The notes beneath the pieces were generated by a model, which was given only the letters and a program-made list of their open reading frames with translations, did not search any database and was not told where the DNA came from. From Eledone cirrhosa (Eukaryota), in contig OZ024743.1 of NCBI GenBank assembly GCA_964016885.1, forward strand, positions 97,650,001-97,714,000: 64,000 nucleotides of DNA. The letters run 5' to 3'. Each line of letters begins with the position of its first letter. Position 1 is the stretch's first letter. Shown in pieces: positions 53,026 to 64,000 of the stretch. The position numbers and the translations under genes were made by a program.

Positions 53026-53755
53026 TTTGTTTGGGATAGGGCCCTTGGCAAATATTATCTCATAGCTCTGAGATACATAAACTACAACCCTTTTGTTCGC
53101 CCGTGTATGAGCGTGCCTACGGGAGTATTTTCCAATTAAGGGTGAATGGGATGAACTTTTTCTTGAGGTCTCATACATAGGCGGCCAGTGCTGTTTATTT
53201 GGATTTAAAGGGGTGGATTTGTGCGAACCACCGTGTCTTAAATCTGTTAGAAGTCACAACGATGTATTTTTTTTTTATTGTTTCTTGATACGACATCGCA
53301 TGTCGTCTATGAAACAATTGTTCTCCAGTGAGCAGGTGTCCTTTTTGGGGCAATGTCACAGTGCCCCATTATGGGCGTGATTTTTGGAAATTTTGAAGTT
53401 TGGACATATCCACTTTAGAGATGTTTAGTTTGGCCATGTTTCTAGCTAAGCTAGATGTAGTTGGGTAAGAAAGAATAATAGTGTTTCTGTTAAAGATTGT
53501 GTACTACTTAGTCCTTATTTAATAACTTGAAGATCCTAGATATTGGCGCCCTGTTATAGGAAGAACTGTGTCAACTTATTTGTATATATGCCTATTTCTA
53601 TTACGGGATCTGGCTGTGTTGTCTATGTAGGTGATCTTGCCCTTAAAACCACTACGCCCTAGGGCCTCGTTATAGTAGAGGGCTGATGCTCTACATATGT
53701 CCTCGTGGGTTGAAATATACGAAATTTTAAGGGATATCTTTCTAACCAGGTTATT

Positions 53756-53934
53756 TTGGCAGTATCGCTAGAGGGTCGGATATGCTTTCCAGCATAGTTA
53801 CGTCCCTTTACGATCTGAGTTCAAATCCCGCCGAGGTTAACTTTGCCTTTCATCCATACAGAGGTCGATGAAATAAAGTACCAGTAATGTACTGGGTAAT
53901 TGCTGGCCTTGTGCCAAAAGTAGAAACAGTTATT
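53756..53934 (+). mobile_element. Main-family SINE inserted into the PLE coding region
   Basis: Consensus match; gttattt on both sides as probable target-site duplication. Confidence 0.85.
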
Positions 53935-54127
53935 TGTAATATATTTTGGGTGGTTATAGTTAAAATTAATGTATTTAAGGGATTCGTTTGGTTTATGGTA
54001 AGGGTAGTACAGGAAGGTTGCTAAATCTAACCCCGCTCCGTTTAATAGAGCGTGTGTGTGTGCAATTCTGTCTTTTGCGGTGAAACGAAAGAATAGGTCT
54101 CAGGTAAAAAAACTCAATACTAGCGAT

Positions 54128-54335
54128 TACAAACACCGGTCACTCTCCGACAGGTTTGAGGTTGTACCCTTGGCAGTGGAGACTTCTGGTGTCTTCGGCC
54201 CTAGGGCTACCTCCCTACTCACCACCATAGGCGCTGAGCTGGAATGGCTTTTCCAGCGCGTCTCCATTCTGTCCACCGGGGCTGTGGGGAGGCCACCAAT
54301 ATGATTGACTGAATTGTCATTTCACCAGTCAGATG
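54128..54335 (+). mobile_element. CRE-like 3' fragment with internal deletions
   Basis: YKHRSLSDRFEVVPLAVETSGVFGP...AVGRPPI; aligns to 13625-13890. Confidence 0.7.
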
Positions 54336-55499
54336 TTTTTAGACAACACCACCAACCTACCTTTTACTATCCAAAGTGAAGTGAAACTCAAATGGCGAAA
54401 ACATAGCTTTGGTGAACGACCATTTCAAACCAGTGTAGGTGTTCTGCCACACCTTGATGTTTTTAATATTCTTCAGCTGCCCAAATTGTGGTGAATGGCT
54501 TAATGTCAGGAATTATTTTCAGTTGCTCACAGTCTGTCACCACGGCTCACCTTAGTAGTACACTATGAATTGAATCGCCAGTATAATATATATTTTTCTA
54601 GTTGAGAGCTAAATGAACTACGAAACATATATCCTCTTTCCTCTCACAAATCCTCGGATTAATGACAAAAGAAGGGCATTTTGAATATATAAACATTTGG
54701 TGAAATGTCTGCGTATGTTACAAAAAGGGAGCTTTAATAACTGAAAACGAGAGTCATAGACTTTTTAAATTATTCTATGAAAAACAAAAAAAAAAGAAAG
54801 TAAATTGTGGGTCTACAATACAGCATATATACGGGCAATTGATAACAGTTCCTAATTTAGTCCAGCAATTGTGAGATTCACTACATGTTTGACTGGTATT
54901 TTATATCATCGACGCCGGAAAGATGAAATCAAAGCTAACGAGGTGGGATTTAAAGTCTGATCATAGAAATAAACGGAATAAATACCGAAAACGATTTGGT
55001 CTGATTCTCTGGTGATTTTGTCCATCCATCGCCCTCCAGTGTGAAATTAATAATATTAATTCTGATAATACACTGTAAGAAAGGGACATAATTTTGGTGT
55101 TTTCGCTGTCATTTCTGTTTTGCAGGAAGAATATGAGAATAATGTTAAAGAATATATAAACTTTGACAATTTAATCGTGTATTTCGAAAGCCATTAAAGT
55201 TACAGCTAGTTTTAAATGCCTCTAGTTGAGATATTTCAATGGAGTTGGTATACAATTAGAAATAAATGATACGTAGGCTTTGGAAAATCTGAATGGAGCG
55301 AATTAATCAGATATCTTGGATATTGTTTTGAATTAATTTATCATGTGGAAAAAATATTTTGTATGTGTTTGTTGTTATTTTTACATGGATAAATTGTGCA
55401 AATAAATATTGAAAGTCATGTGATGGGAAACGTGATCAGAAAAGATTACCTAAGCAAAGAAGACCATTTCTGCTCCGATCAGTCTACAGACACTTAGCA

Positions 55500-55543
55500 A
55501 CCTCTGATAAAGACCCAACCAGGTCCGAAAATAAAATAAAGGT
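55500..55543 (+). ncRNA. Degenerate hammerhead-like motif (G8A)
   Basis: acct CTGATAA a-gacc-caacca-ggtc-c GAAA ataaaataa aggt; tail ends at a TA tract near 55720. Confidence 0.35.
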
Positions 55544-55733
55544 GTTTATCATTTTCTTTTTTTTATTTTACAGCGAAATTTGTTTTTTTTTTTGTCATGT
55601 TTACATATTAAAATGTGTATATTTATATACACATTGTTGCCGTCTCGGTTACCCAATCTGTATATATACAGATATAGCTTTAGCGTACCCTACGACTGTT
55701 TAGTGCATTTCTAAATAAATATATATATATATA

Positions 55734-55770
<37 letters not shown>

Positions 55771-56859
55771 GTATGTATGTGTGTGTGTATGTATGTGTGT
55801 ATGTGTAAAGGTGTGTGTGAATGAGTTGGCGTGTGTTTGCGAAAATGCGAGCAATAATTTGAGGTAATAATGGAGTAAATAACTGGGTTTAAGCAACATT
55901 TTCACGTTTGATTTCAAATTGAAATTTTATTATCATTATGATGAATTTTTGTCTATTATCGTGTGATGCCATTCAAACTTTGTGTTAAATTACTCATTAG
56001 GTCCCAATCAATTTTTTATTCTATAATCATGTCGATATTACTCACGTTTTAATTTGATTGCTAGAAATTTTCTACCGATGTATCCAGATCTTCCATAACT
56101 GAATTGACAAGAGCCTAATATCGGATTCTTTTCTGTTATAATTCCCTTTAATACTTTATTTCATCTTTTAAGGAGATGAAATAGCAGAGTTGGTATAATG
56201 TCAAATAGAACACTTTGCAGAATTTGTTCTGGCTCTCTCTGCCGGGTGTTCAATATCTCCCACCGTTATCAACTTTGCTTTCATGTATCTAATGTCAATA
56301 AACTATGTACCAATCCAGTACTGGGATCAATTCATCTTCCATATCCCTTTCTTACTTCTCTCTATCGCGTGCACACTTTTCTTTCTCTGAAAAAAATCAG
56401 CTTGTCTCCGCCAGGTTTAAATCCTTGCGTTACTGACCTTACGTCTCCCTCAATAGTTAAGGGGCCATAAGTGAATTTAGTCTTCTATTATAATCCTATT
56501 ACCATGGAGGATTTGTTATATGAATATAAACGATCCCTGAAGTTTATAATTGTATCGACCAGGAAGGCTGTAAAGCAGCCTTGAACTTGGTGGGATTCGA
56601 GCTCAGAACGTACCGTGTTCTAATAAAGTTCATACATTCTCTCCTTGTTTGTAACAATCTACAATGTATTGAATATGCCAATCTGCCATATATTTGGCGC
56701 AAACCAAACATAAATTATTTATCGAATTACTGTCTTATTTCTATTCGTATGTGGCGATTCACAGAAAGTAAAGTTGGGCGCTTCTTAATCAGAGATTTCT
56801 TAATTTGATACAATCGTCCATATACTGGTATTGTTAATATTGTTGATAACATATGAATA

Positions 56860-57215
56860 TCAAAGCAACAACCCATGTATACATGTGCGTGGGTGTGTCT
56901 GTGTGTGTGCATGTGTGTGTATGTGTGTGTATGTGTGTGTATGTGTGTGTATGTGCGCGTGTGTGCGTGTATGTGTGTGTGTGTGTATGTGCGCGGGTGT
57001 GTGTGTGTGTATGTATGTGCGCGGGTGTGTGTGTGTGTGTATGTGTGTCTGTGTGTGTGTATATGTGTGTGTGTGTGTATGTGTGCGTGTGTGTGTATGT
57101 ATGTGTATATGTGTGTGTGTGTGTGTGTTTATATATGTGTGTGTGAGTCTGTGTGTGTCTGTGTGTGTGTGTGTATGTGTATGTGTGTATGTGTCTGTGT
57201 ATGTGCGTGCATATG
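56860..57215. repeat. Imperfect (TG)n microsatellite
   Basis: Direct reading; similar tracts at 30570-30740 and 37112-37261. Confidence 0.95.
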
Positions 57216-57352
57216 TTATCAATTGTTTGGACACAACGAGTTACTTTATTAAGAACATAAGCTATGACATTCGGAAGGTTTTGATATTTTAACTTTACCT
57301 ATAGAAAATACTATTGTATTTAGGTTTCCCAAACCTTATATATATATATATG

Positions 57353-57383
<31 letters not shown>

Positions 57384-58329
57384 GCGCGCACACACACACA
57401 CATACACACACATATATATATATATATACACCCTCTGTATTATATGTAATTTTTCATGTTTCAACTTAAGGTATATAAATATCGAGTTTTGTCAAAACTA
57501 ATCACTACCATGACTAAATTATAACCATCAACATAGTCAAGGTATGTCAAGCATCAACTTATTTTATCTGATGAGGACGTACTGTTGAAATAGCTCAGTA
57601 TCTCTGAAATATGTATAATAAAATATATTTGATCACATGAATGTCTATATTTATTAATATTTTGAAGTAATATATATATTTTTATATATATGGGGGGGGG
57701 GGGGGGGGGTATTTGTATTCTGCTCGCTTTGAAGTTGATTAATGCCAACGTTTATGTAATTATTTGAGAAATTCTGTCATCAAATGATAGCGTACTCTGC
57801 TGTATATTGTGTGCTCGATTTGGCGTGGATTACAAGATCATTATTCTGTAAGTAGTCATCGAAATTTAGACGTGGTGATGAATAGTTAAATAGAACTATA
57901 ATTTCATATATACAACTATTAAAGACAGTATTTGACCACATTAATGATATTGTATATCTAACAATGCAACTGAGTTTTTACGTAAAAAATCGTTTTCTTT
58001 GTGTGCTATAGAGCATGGGTGTGTGTGTGTGCACATTTGTGTATATATGTTTTAGTGTATGTGCGCTGTTGTAATTATATGCTTATGTCTCCGCCTCTGG
58101 AGGAATATGATTGAGTTGAAGTATAAGCAATTAACGTCGATATCTTCGTGCTTACATATGACAGCATTTATCTCATATGCACCTCAGATAAATTAAATAT
58201 GATTTACATAGATTATATATTATACCTTATCATTACTGTGAAAGGTAGTCGATAGCCAATGATAAATGTCCACATAAAACCTTGTGGGTCGTATCAGGAT
58301 TAGCAAAAGCGATTCCATGTTCTCCATTA

Positions 58330-58530
58330 CTCCACAGTTGTGGTTCACATCCTGATATCGTTTTCCTAACATCTCGTCCCATTCTTGTACCATTCTTGTA
58401 CAGTATTTATATTGTTATCCATATTGTTATTTGTCTTCAATGCTTTAGAAACGTCCAATCCATTGGAGGCCTCCTTGCACCATTATCTTGCCTATGGTTG
58501 GGCGCTTAGTTTCTCTTTGTTCAGGATGTT
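58330..58530 (-). mobile_element. Very decayed LINE (RTE-like) 3' coding fragment
   Basis: Minus reads ..IGKIMVQ(GG/RR)LQWIGR..KRYQDV, similar to the RRL.W.GH..KR..D motif. Confidence 0.3.
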
Positions 58531-58550
58531 TTTGACATTTATTTTTCATA

Positions 58551-61500
58551 CTAGCTGAGCTACCCGGTGATACCCGGGTATTTTATGAAAGTTTCAATAT
58601 ATTTGGCACACATTACAAAATATTTGACCATTCAAATATGATTGCTGAATTTTAACCAAAGTAGGAATTATAGCAGAATATTTATTGCCGTTTGGTCAAA
58701 GTAAATCATCTAGATAGAAATATTAGTTTTTTCCAGTTGTGATTTTTTGAATACTGCTCCCTATTACAGTCAGCATATATAATGGTTTACTCATAGATGA
58801 ATCATTAGGTATATTGTCAGTGAAAAGGGCATGACCAAAAAAAAATACATTTAGATTATGTTTATTTATCCCTTTCTTTCTTTCTTTCTTTTTTTTTTGC
58901 TCAATCTGAACCTCTGAAATTCAAACAACATGTAAAGACTATTTTAAAAACCATAAATAAAATAGAAAAATAAATTTACCATTGGTTTATGATTGAATGA
59001 AGCGTTTACTTACTCATTTCTGTAATTCGGGGAAAGTGTATTTAAATTTGTACACTGGAGCTTTCACCAATCTTTGCCTCTATGGCAGTAGGATCTTGTT
59101 TGAGGGAGATTTGTTTTCTCTTTCTATTAGCTATACCAACAGTTATAGTAGCTCACATGACATACATAGATACATACACACACATGTATGTGTGTAAGAC
59201 AGTTGTTTGTGATTTGAAATGGATTTTGCTAATATTTCTAGTAGATCGAGTTATCACATAGAACCATTCCTTTTTGCTTCATACATATATACATACCTGA
59301 AAAAGTAAGTTGGGATTTGAAGGAAATTTGGGTGATATTTCTACCCAACAAAGTACTCACTTATACTACTTTATATAGCAGAGGTACCTGGGAATGCTTG
59401 CATATTCTTCCAAAGTAACACCATGCAGTAAATTTGCGGCTTCAGAATTCCTTGCAAACTACATGACTAAGGAATTAGGATCTGTGTGTATTGTCATTGA
59501 ATGAGGAATTACGACATTGCTCATTCCAAAGCCTCTGGATAAACAACATTCTTGGTTTTGCCCTGTGGTGCCACAATGAAGAGACAATCAGGGTTCCCAA
59601 CCCTTGTTGTGCCAACATAGAGTTGACGGTGTGAAAAGACAGGATCTGCCAGATCAACCCAACGACTTTCAATGATTGCCCTTGAGATTTATTAATGGTC
59701 ATGGCAAAACTGAGCCTGATCGGAAATTGAAGTCTTTGAAATTCAAATGGCAAATCAGTTGGTTTCAGAGGTATTCTGGAAATGAAACAATTGTCACCAG
59801 CAAATTTTCCTGACATGATTGCAACTTCTAGAACATTGGACATCATATTTTTGATGATGAGTCTTGTGCCATTACAAAGTTTTGGAGGATCCAGATTGCG
59901 AAGTAGCATAACCCATGCTCCAGGCTTCAGTATCAGGTTGTGGGGAGGAATTCCCGCTTGTTCAAGACTGTTCAAAAATTCAGTTGGATAGTTTAAAACC
60001 TGATCTTGAGAAGTGATTGTGTCAACTGATTTGTAGCATATTTTCTCTCCCGGTAACATCTCCAGCAGCCTTCTGTTGATTTCTTTCAAGGCAACATTTT
60101 TATGCCCTAAGATTGCTCGTTCACAGAGCCATTTTGGATCACATTGCCTAGTCTGAATGTTTGGAAACACTCTGGCAATCAGTTCTTGTTCTGTGTCAAT
60201 GATATGGCTAAATGACAACTCAATATGGTCATTGGAGTCCTTTTCAAGAAGTCCATTTCCCAAATGTAAGTTTCCCAGTTAGGTGCACTCGCATGTCGGT
60301 TGTAAGGCTCAGCAGCTGAAAGTGGGGCCAGAGATAGGATGTTTTCAGACAGGCATTGACCTGATCAGCTCGAGTCCCTCGAAGAATTACAGGCAGAGTT
60401 TGTCTGAAATCACCAGCAAGAACCATTGTCACTCCTCCCATTATGCAACTATTTTCTCTCAGATCCCTTATCGTCCGGTCCAAAGCTTCAATTATGGCTC
60501 ATAGTAGCTTCATCCCAAATTATCATGTTGCATGTTTGCAGAAGATTGCCCTTGGGTGAGTTCTTCTTGATGTTGCAAAAAGTTTGTTCATGCCGTGTGA
60601 GATCTATTGGAGTGTGCAGTTCTTCCTCCATCCAGAAGTGTTGCTGCAATGTCACTTGAAGCCACAGCAAGGGCAATATGTTGCTTTTGGGGAACTTTTG
60701 CAAGCAGGAGGTTTATGAGGAATGTCTTGCCTGTGCGAGCAGGAGCATCGATGAAGAAAAGTCCTCCCCTGTTATTTTGAATGTTTTCTATGATGTTGTG
60801 TTAGGCGTATTTCTGGTCATCCATCAATCGAGGTTCATTTTCATCCACAAACTTACGCAATACTTGAATATCGTAGTTTGTCTCATGTAATATGTTTTCT
60901 GCTACCTCCATTTCTTCATCTGGCTCTGGCATCCCGCAGTTAGCTAATGTGGTATTCATTGCCTGAAATCGATGGGACAGGTCACAGAGAGCTTGATTGT
61001 AAATCCTGGGGGTATATTCCATATACATATTGCCATGATGTCTTCGAGCTAGGTGTAGATAGTCGTTCGACATATTGTTTTTGTACTCCTGCCAGAGTAC
61101 ATGAGCTTCATCAATTCCACATGCCGTGAGCATAATAGCAAATAATTGTCTTATTTGACTGGCTACTTGAGGCACTTCTTCTAGGCACTTCTTCCGGTGT
61201 CCATGGTCATGCAGGAGTCCATGCTGTTTACATGCTTCTTGGTATGTTGCGCACTCCCTTCCTCTGAAGCACTTCAAATGACGTTGGTCCTCGAACAGTA
61301 TGCAGAAATAGCCGTAAATAAAAACATTCTCCGTTGTTGGGATGGACATTGTAAACACGCCCAATAGTATCACTTGACTTGACTTCATGACCTTCCACTA
61401 AATGTCACCGCTTTCTTCGATTCCTGGTCTTGCAATTAGTCCAGGTGTAGTATGTTGGGACTTCAGCATATAGGAAGGATTGAGCAAATTCATCATTCTG

Positions 61501-63840
61501 GCAGAGTTTAAAGAAAGCAGTTAGTGTAGTGTTGTGTGATGCTTGTGCCAACTGATGAGCAGTGATCTCAGTGAAGTACACTCTCTGTCCATTTTCCATA
61601 TGGACTGCGAGGTTGACCACTGTTGGGTGGCGTTGATGGATATCAAATCCAAAGATTCACCAGATAACTTCATTGCTGGAGATGTATTGACCTGTTTGAT
61701 ACCGTTTGACCTCATCCAGTCCACTATCATTGAGTTCTTTATCAGTAATAAAGGTAGCCATGTCACTGCCCTTGTTGATATATTTTGTGACATATAGGAT
61801 TGCATTGACGGAGCTGCCATACTCAACATTGATATGAGCTTTTAAAAGTTTACACAACAATTTGTTGTGTGGGACGACCCACTGATTGTTTATGGTCAGC
61901 TCCTCTCCTCGAACTGTTAGGCTTGCAGTATTGCCTCCATGTTCTGGTCTACGCCTACGATAAAGGGGGTATCCATTATTGTCAGTTCGAGTTTCCCGAA
62001 TAAAAGCTCTAGGATAATGTTTGCTGCATTTTTGATCTTTCATGCAGGGAGAGGCTGGATTGATGACTCCACATGGACCATGAATGAGTTTGGACTTGAT
62101 GGTGTCAAAGAGCTCTGGATCACCACCTTTATCAGGCAACTCTGCTGAAATGATCTTATCAACATCATCTGGTCTTAGCTTCTCCTTGCACCAGATTAGT
62201 GTGTGAGAGTGAGGAAGACCTCTCTTCTGCCACTCAATAGTGGTCATCCAAGCACTAAGTTCACCAAAGATTTCTCCTTCTTTTAGGAGCCAGATGAGTT
62301 TTTCTTTTTTGCTTTTCATGGAAATCCCAAGAAATGAGGTCATCTCGATCCTTTGGTTTTTGATTTTGAAATAATTCATTTGATATTTCTTACCAGTTTG
62401 AATTGCATGTAAATGTAATGAAGAGATCTGGCCGACCAAATTTTCTGACATAGGCCATTGCATCTTGCGTACGTGGTCCTCCCGTGAAGCTTGATGGTAG
62501 TATGACTGGCTGACCAATATTTCTTAGGTCAACATCAGAATTGATGGCATCTCTAAGGTGGATGTAGTTATCTGCCCTCAATTTAGTTTGATTCCTTCGC
62601 AGAAAACCCAATCTTTCTGTTTCAATTTTGGCATACATGTCCACCGTGAACTGGCTGGTTACTTCTTTGAATCGCAGAACTTGGTTGAAGTGGTCACGTA
62701 CCATGAAATGATAAGCATAGAATTCTTTGCAGCTGATTGATCGGCCAGTCACTTGTCCCGTTCTTGGGCTGATCTGCCGTAGCTGAAAATGATATCCAAC
62801 TTGACCATTCCAAAAGATGAGCGGATATTGGAGTGAATCATAGGCTCTATGACTTTCACAAATTCGCTCCAAATGTCCACTTCGTTTTTGCAAAACAATG
62901 TCACGTCGTTCATGCTGTTCATCAACCATTATGATTGCAACTTCATCAGTGACAGGTGCATTGAATCTGCGTTCATGTTCTGAAGCTGGGCGTTTGTCTG
63001 CCCTAATGATGATTTTACGATCTCTGGTGTTGTTCATATACTCCAGTGCATATTTAAATACACTGACGTACATGTGATGTTGGTGAAGCATTTCTTGTAA
63101 CTTTATGACTATGTAGAACTGCAATCCACCATGGACATTGGTACATCTTTGTTGTGCCTGTGTTTCATTTCCACCCATGAAGCAAACCTGCACAAATTTG
63201 TGAGGCTCCTGTGAAAGTGGCAGAAGGCCACCCATTAAGTGGTAACACTGTCCCTGAATTTTATAAGTTGTACAGAATCTAAAGTCAGTCACATTCCTGT
63301 CAGCCCCAAAAGATGTCATTTGACAGGCAGAATTATATTTTATGATGTATTTATTGAAGTGTCGTGCTTCTGGTGTATGCTGAAGGAGCAGATATTTCAG
63401 AAATTCAGGAGGTTCTTGTATTGTTTTAAGGCTCGCTTTGCCTTTTGAGCAGCATAGACTTGGTGTTTCTGCTGCCCACTTCTTGGCACCATAATACTGG
63501 CAGCATTTGTTCATTTTCCCAATGTTGATTTGTGGATTACTGCTGTAGTCGTTTTGGGGACATAAGAAAAGCACCCATCAGCCAGTTCATTTTACTTGTG
63601 GCTTGTTTTCCTGCTCGGGCAGTAGAACGATATGCTTGATTAGCATTTCGTCTGATTTGCTGCTGTTCCTTAATTTGTTGTTCTCGTGTAGCAACAGTCC
63701 TTTGTCCCCTTTCATCCAAACGGTGTGCTCGTGCTAAAGCTGTTTGGGCTCTGTTAGACGGGCATGCCGAACTTCTTCACTTTCTTCAGATCGCTGTGTT
63801 TTCTTTCTCTTAGCCTCTGAAGATGACCTTCCATATAATG
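58551..63840 (-). mobile_element. Decayed autonomous-type Helitron; 5' end not seen in window
   Basis: 3' terminus CTAG|T at 58551-58554 with hairpin tacccgg-tgatac-ccgggta (58561-58580); Rep and PIF1-type helicase motifs across fragmented ORFs. Confidence 0.92.
59520..63720 (-). pseudogene. Helitron RepHel, multiple frameshifts
   Basis: Rep: FITFTCNSNW, IEWQKRGLPHSH, YVTKYINKG; helicase: FFIDAPARTGKT (~60720-60760), IIWDEATM, LAGDFRQTLPV, LRNLDPPKLCNGTRL, RLQFPIRLSFAMTINKSQGQSL. Confidence 0.9.
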
Positions 63841-63844
63841 ATCT

Positions 63845-64000
63845 AGGGTCGGACGCCATGCTTTGACGTATAGAGTTTCGGCCCTTGCCATTCTGAGTTA
63901 AAATCCCGTTGAGGTTAACTTTGCTTTTCATCCTTACGGGGTCGATAAAATAAAGTACTAGTAATGCACTGGGTAATTGCTGGCCTTGTGCCAAAAGTAG
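63845..64000 (+). mobile_element. Main-family SINE, truncated by window end
   Basis: Consensus match. Confidence 0.85.

Larger units (their letters stand above)
52803..54045 (-). mobile_element. Second decayed Penelope-like element (Hydra-type motifs), interrupted by (TA)n and a SINE
   Basis: Manual minus-strand translation: LDLATFLYYPYHKPNESLKYINFNYNHPKYIT [SINE] LVRKISLKISYIST..YYNEALGRSGF..RNRNRH..TIFNRNTIILSY..CPKKDTCSLENNC..YIVVTSNRFKTRW; HHR at the 3' end. Confidence 0.75.

Noticed and set aside
55110-55200. Strong splice acceptor followed by EEYENNVKEYINFDNLIVYFESH* (similar acceptor near 39106)
   Set aside because: No upstream exon or recognisable homology; such acceptors are common by chance in T-rich DNA.
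57565-57600. CTGATGAG-gacgtactgtt-GAAA hammerhead-like string
   Set aside because: Stem II is weak and out of register, stem I does not pair, and there is no family context.

Overview
AT-rich, repeat-dominated eukaryotic genomic DNA. It is most likely from an octopod cephalopod, inferred only from the tRNA-derived SINE families and the (TA)n/(CA)n/(CATA)n microsatellite load. No intact cellular protein-coding gene can be supported, and most ORFs in the track are microsatellite artefacts. Recognisable mobile elements: two decayed Penelope-like elements (PLEs) with RT-thumb and C-terminal GIY-YIG remnants (28316-30350, 52803-54045); an R4/Dong-like RLE non-LTR element with two extra 3' fragments inserted in (CATA)n; RTE-like non-autonomous elements; three CRE-like RLE 3' fragments; a Sola2-like transposase remnant and matching MITE; a decayed Helitron (58551 to about 63840); about 20 tRNA-SINE copies; a 20-bp satellite. 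The main signal is a dense set of short (TA)n-embedded fold-back elements from many unrelated families carrying minimal type-I hammerhead ribozyme (HHR) motifs, about 18 full or near-full cores found by eye. These include a U3-A8 core variant, versions with 60-80 nt stem II inserts and palindromic stem III, an inter-family chimera, and an insertion containing a copy of nearby genomic DNA. All structures were paired by eye; no folding, database search or activity test was run.
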